A stretch of 36,351 nucleotides of DNA from positions 1 to 36,351 of the forward strand of contig NW_021826249.1 of assembly GCF_006345805.1 (NCBI RefSeq). Direction: 5' to 3'. The stretch comes from Octopus sinensis (taxonomy: Eukaryota). A model generated the notes under the pieces. It was not told where the DNA came from. It did not search any database and saw only the letters and a list, made by a program, of their open reading frames with translations. Of the stretch, positions 34,722 to 36,351 are shown in pieces. Positions within the stretch are counted from its first letter, which is position 1. Every line of letters begins with the position of its first letter. The translations under genes were made by a program, and so were the position numbers.

Positions 34722-35594
34722 GTAAGTTTCGTTTTTAATCTGTGATATTCATATTTTGTATTTTTTTTTAAGATTTTTGTTTTTTTTAATCCACCCCAAC
34801 ATTGACAAACTGACAACACTGACATACATTACAACAGTTTTCGAAGATAATCATAAATATTTGATTAACAATAATTTATTTCATATGCCACTGTCTCACC
34901 TTCTTTTCTTTACATAATACCTCTATATGAAGCATCTGTTAAACTAAGGGTATCTATAAACAAATCTCCTGCGGGTTAGTGGTACTTTAACGGTGACAAA
35001 ACCTCCCAGTCCTATTTGTTGACCTGAAATGCAGTGATCGCGTGAAACATAACTAATAGCTTGTATTTTGAAATATTTTATTTTCCTTAATTATATTGAG
35101 ATGCTGTACCCTTAGTCATTTTAGAACCTCTTAACTCCAGGAATCAGATTAAGCATGTGGATGGAAGAAGTGCAGTTCTATGTTTACAGAGAACTCTTAA
35201 AGATTTGGCAAACATTACAGAATGGGTGTTGTTATTTTGCTCAAAGCCAACATTGTTGGAACATATATGATTATAAGTATTTAACGTATAACCATTCGAA
35301 AGGTCGCCATCATATATTTACTTAATAAATAATGCACACTGAATTACATTATCGAATGTATCCTTTTTTTAAAAAAATTCTTTTGGGAAGTGATTTGAAA
35401 GAAATTTGACTGCTATTTCTAACGGGTCGAGCGAGAACGCCATCGTTAAGAGGCATGCAATGCCGTTCGAAGAAAGAAAGACAGAAATTGACAATACAGG
35501 ATCTAGTGAGAAAACTGGTTCATTAAGGGTGGGTATATTGAGTGCTTCAGTAAAAAAAAATAATTAAAAAACGCCCTATATAAATACGTATAGG

Positions 35595-35815
35595 TTTTAA
35601 ACTTTGGCACAAAGCCGGCAACTTCGGGATAGGGGTTAAGTTGATTACATCCATCCAGTATTCAACTGGCACTTATTTCGACGACCACGAAAGATAAAGT
35701 ATGAAAGATAAAGCCGACCTCGGCTGTATTTGTACTCAAAAGGTAAAGCCGGAGGAAATGCCGCTAAGGATTTTGTCCGGCTCAGTAACGATTCTGCCAG
35801 CTGGTCGCCTTACCT
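35595..35815 (-). mobile_element. tRNA-derived SINE-like element
   Basis: Reverse complement begins taaggtaggcgaccagctggcagaatcgtta; same family as 9617-9832. Confidence 0.75.
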
Positions 35816-36199
35816 TATAAATATATATTGGTTTCAAATTTCGCTCAACATCAGCAATATCGGGGGAGCAATAAGTCGATTATATCGGCCCCAATGTACA
35901 ACTTCTACTTATTTGGCTGATTTTCAGATGAGGACGCCCACATTTCTCCATTTTGAGGGTGAATTTTCCAATTTTTTTTTCTCATCACAGCCTTTCAAAT
36001 AACAAGGGACATCTTTTTATGAAAAAACATTTTTTCCATCTCCCCCGCTTCGCTACTCCATTCCTTGCTTTTTCACTCTAACAAGTATTGAGGTTTTCAA
36101 TTTCTTTCTCCCAATAACCCCTTTTATGCTATTCAAAGTATAATACATGGTCAAAAAGGTTCACAGACAGTCTGCTGGAGACGTACACATGCATATACC

Positions 36200-36351
36200 A
36201 GTATGTATATATATATATATAATATATATATATATATGTATGTATGTATATATGTATATATATATGTATGTATGTATATATGTATGTATGTATATATGTA
36301 TGTATGTATATATGTATGTATGTATATATGTATGTATGTATATATGTATGT
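36200..36351. repeat. (TA)n/(TATG)n microsatellite
   Basis: Seen directly. Confidence 0.95.

Noticed and set aside
35141-36030. Second exon of the plus-strand gene after acceptor-like sites at 35140 and 35990
   Set aside because: No thiolase-like peptide or good donor; the second candidate hits a stop within 11 codons.

Overview
Eukaryotic, AT-rich, microsatellite- and transposon-dense DNA. The SINE/LINE repertoire resembles octopus (cephalopod) genomes; this is an inference. The main host feature, missed by the ORF track, is the 5' end of HADHA (mitochondrial trifunctional enzyme alpha) on the minus strand. Four GT-AG coding exons (34337-34274, 14685-14641, 9980-9910, 8091-7958) splice in frame to [104 protein letters not shown]. 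Only 323 bp from its ATG, a divergent plus-strand first exon (34661-34721) encodes a presequence-like peptide. It is possibly HADHB, as in the vertebrate head-to-head pair. The introns are filled with decayed elements: Gypsy-type pol, a Helitron cluster, several mariner/Tc1 copies, an interrupted hAT, RTE-type LINEs, tRNA-like SINEs and MITEs. Also present are several hammerhead-ribozyme-like motifs of the Penelope/retrozyme type (one nearly complete on the HADHA sense strand) and many large fold-back structures. Nearly all ORF-track entries are spurious or TE fragments.
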